NCBI GenBank assembly: GCA_963790205.1
Contig: CAWBNQ010000001.1
Coordinates: forward strand, 1-64,000
Source of the DNA: Nitrospirota bacterium
GTDB taxonomy: Bacteria > Nitrospirota > UBA9217
Length of the DNA: 64,000 nucleotides
Reading direction: 5' to 3'
The translations under genes and the position numbers were made by a program. Positions 62,853 through 64,000 of the stretch are shown here, piece after piece (within the stretch, counting starts at the first letter, position 1; each line of letters opens with the position of its first letter). The notes beneath the pieces are model-generated. The model was not told where the DNA came from, searched no databases, and saw only the letters and a program-made list of their open reading frames with translations.

Positions 62853-64000
62853 TTACCTCGTCAAGTGACGGTACTTGATCCGGTGCGGCTGGTCCGCTGC
62901 CGCACCGAGACGCGCCTTTCGGTCAGCTTCATATTCCGAATAGTTCCCGTCGAAGAAGACCACTTTGCTGTCGCCCTCGAAGGCGAGCATGTGCGTGGCG
63001 ATCCTGTCGAGGAACCAGCGGTCATGGCTGATCACCACGGCGCAGCCCGCGAAGTTCTCGAGTCCTTCTTCGAGCGCCCGCATGGTGTTCACGTCGATGT
63101 CGTTCGTGGGCTCGTCCAGGAGCAGAACGTTCGCTTCTTCCTTGAGGATCCGCGCCAAATGGACGCGGTTCCGTTCGCCGCCCGAGAGAACGCCGATCTT
63201 CTTCTGCTGGTCCGTGCCCCCGAAATTGAACCGCGACACGTAAGCGCGGGAGTTCATCAGGAGCTTGCCGAGCTGGACCTGTTCCTGGCCGCCGGTGATC
63301 ACCTCCCAGATGGTCTTGTTCGGGTCGAGCACGTCGCGGCTCTGGTCCACATACCCCAGCTTCACGGTCTCTCCGATCCTGATCGTGCCTTTGTCCGGCT
63401 TGTCCTGGCCCGTGATCATGCGGAAGAGCGTTGTCTTGCCCGCGCCGTTCGGCCCGATCACGCCGACGATGCCGCCCGGCGGGAGCATGAAGCTCATGCC
63501 CTCGACGAGGATGTTGTCGCCAAAGGCCTTGGTCACGTTGTCGGCCTCGATCACCACCTTGCCGAGCCGCGGTCCCGGCGGAATGTAGATTTCCAGTTCC
63601 TTGCCGCGCGCTTCGGTCTGCTGGCGAAGCATCTCTTCGTAGGAGCTGATGCGCGCCTTCGATTTCGCATGCCTGCCCTTGGGCGACATCCTGATCCACT
63701 CGAGCTCGCGGGCGAGCGTCTTCTGGCGTTCGCTCTCGGTCTTTTCCTCCAGCTTCAGCCGCTCGCCCTTTTGCTCAAGCCAGGAAGAATAGTTGCCCTT
63801 CCACGGGATGCCCTGGCCGCGGTCGAGTTCCAGTATCCAGCCCGCCACGTTATCGAGGAAGTACCGGTCATGGGTCACGGCGATGACCGTGCCCTCGTAT
63901 CTCTGAAGATGGTGTTCGAGCCAGGCGACGGACTCGGCATCAAGGTGGTTCGTGGGCTCATCGAGCAAAAGGATGTCCGGCGTTTGGAGCAAAAGCCTGC
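62853..64000 (-). CDS. ettA: Energy-dependent translational throttle protein EttA (5'-truncated)
   Basis: [45 protein letters not shown]. Confidence 0.95.
   Translation of the reverse strand, partial: RLLLQTPDILLLDEPTNHLDAESVAWLEHHLQRYEGTVIAVTHDRYFLDNVAGWILELDRGQGIPWKGNYSSWLEQKGERLKLEEKTESERQKTLARELEWIRMSPKGRHAKSKARISSYEEMLRQQTEARGKELEIYIPPGPRLGKVVIEADNVTKAFGDNILVEGMSFMLPPGGIVGVIGPNGAGKTTLFRMITGQDKPDKGTIRIGETVKLGYVDQSRDVLDPNKTIWEVITGGQEQVQLGKLLMNSRAYVSRFNFGGTDQQKKIGVLSGGERNRVHLARILKEEANVLLLDEPTNDIDVNTMRALEEGLENFAGCAVVISHDRWFLDRIATHMLAFEGDSKVVFFDGNYSEYEADRKARLGAAADQPHRIKYRHLTR

Overview
This is a gene-dense chromosomal window from an anaerobic, selenocysteine-using bacterium. Gene content suggests Nitrospirota/Desulfobacterota, which is an inference. 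Housekeeping and metabolic content: the end of an atpD-atpC operon; an NTase-like/TPM/LemA trio; an AhpF-like thioredoxin reductase; an ECF sigma/anti-sigma pair; a tungsten-type aldehyde:ferredoxin oxidoreductase locus (aor, moaD, rSAM maturase); a 2-oxoacid:ferredoxin oxidoreductase; lgt; the CIRCE-controlled hsp20 and hrcA-grpE-dnaK-dnaJ genes; moaA/moaC; pfk; a soluble NuoEFG-like module; a lipid-linked glycosylation cluster; two ABC-F proteins; and ppnP. Reading the sequence directly found four things missing from the ORF track. (1) A 72-aa protein with two in-frame TGA codons, each followed by a SECIS-like hairpin (6962-7180, UXX-star type selenoprotein). (2) A 20-aa Cys/Lys-rich peptide with a strong RBS directly after an RRE-like/rSAM/SPASM gene, a candidate new RiPP system (17461-18828). 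(3) A GEMM-I riboswitch with A at position 20 (the cGAMP-type variant), a large P3 insertion and an overlapping terminator. It heads a roughly 12-kb operon of lipoprotein, PEGA/TPR, TolB-like and TPR genes plus an Opp-type ABC transporter (39611-52098). (4) A 20-aa small ORF under CIRCE control upstream of hsp20. Several genes look leaderless. Single-base insertions break dnaJ, moaA and the PEGA/TPR gene and are most likely sequencing errors. All product calls come from motif recognition only; no searches were run.
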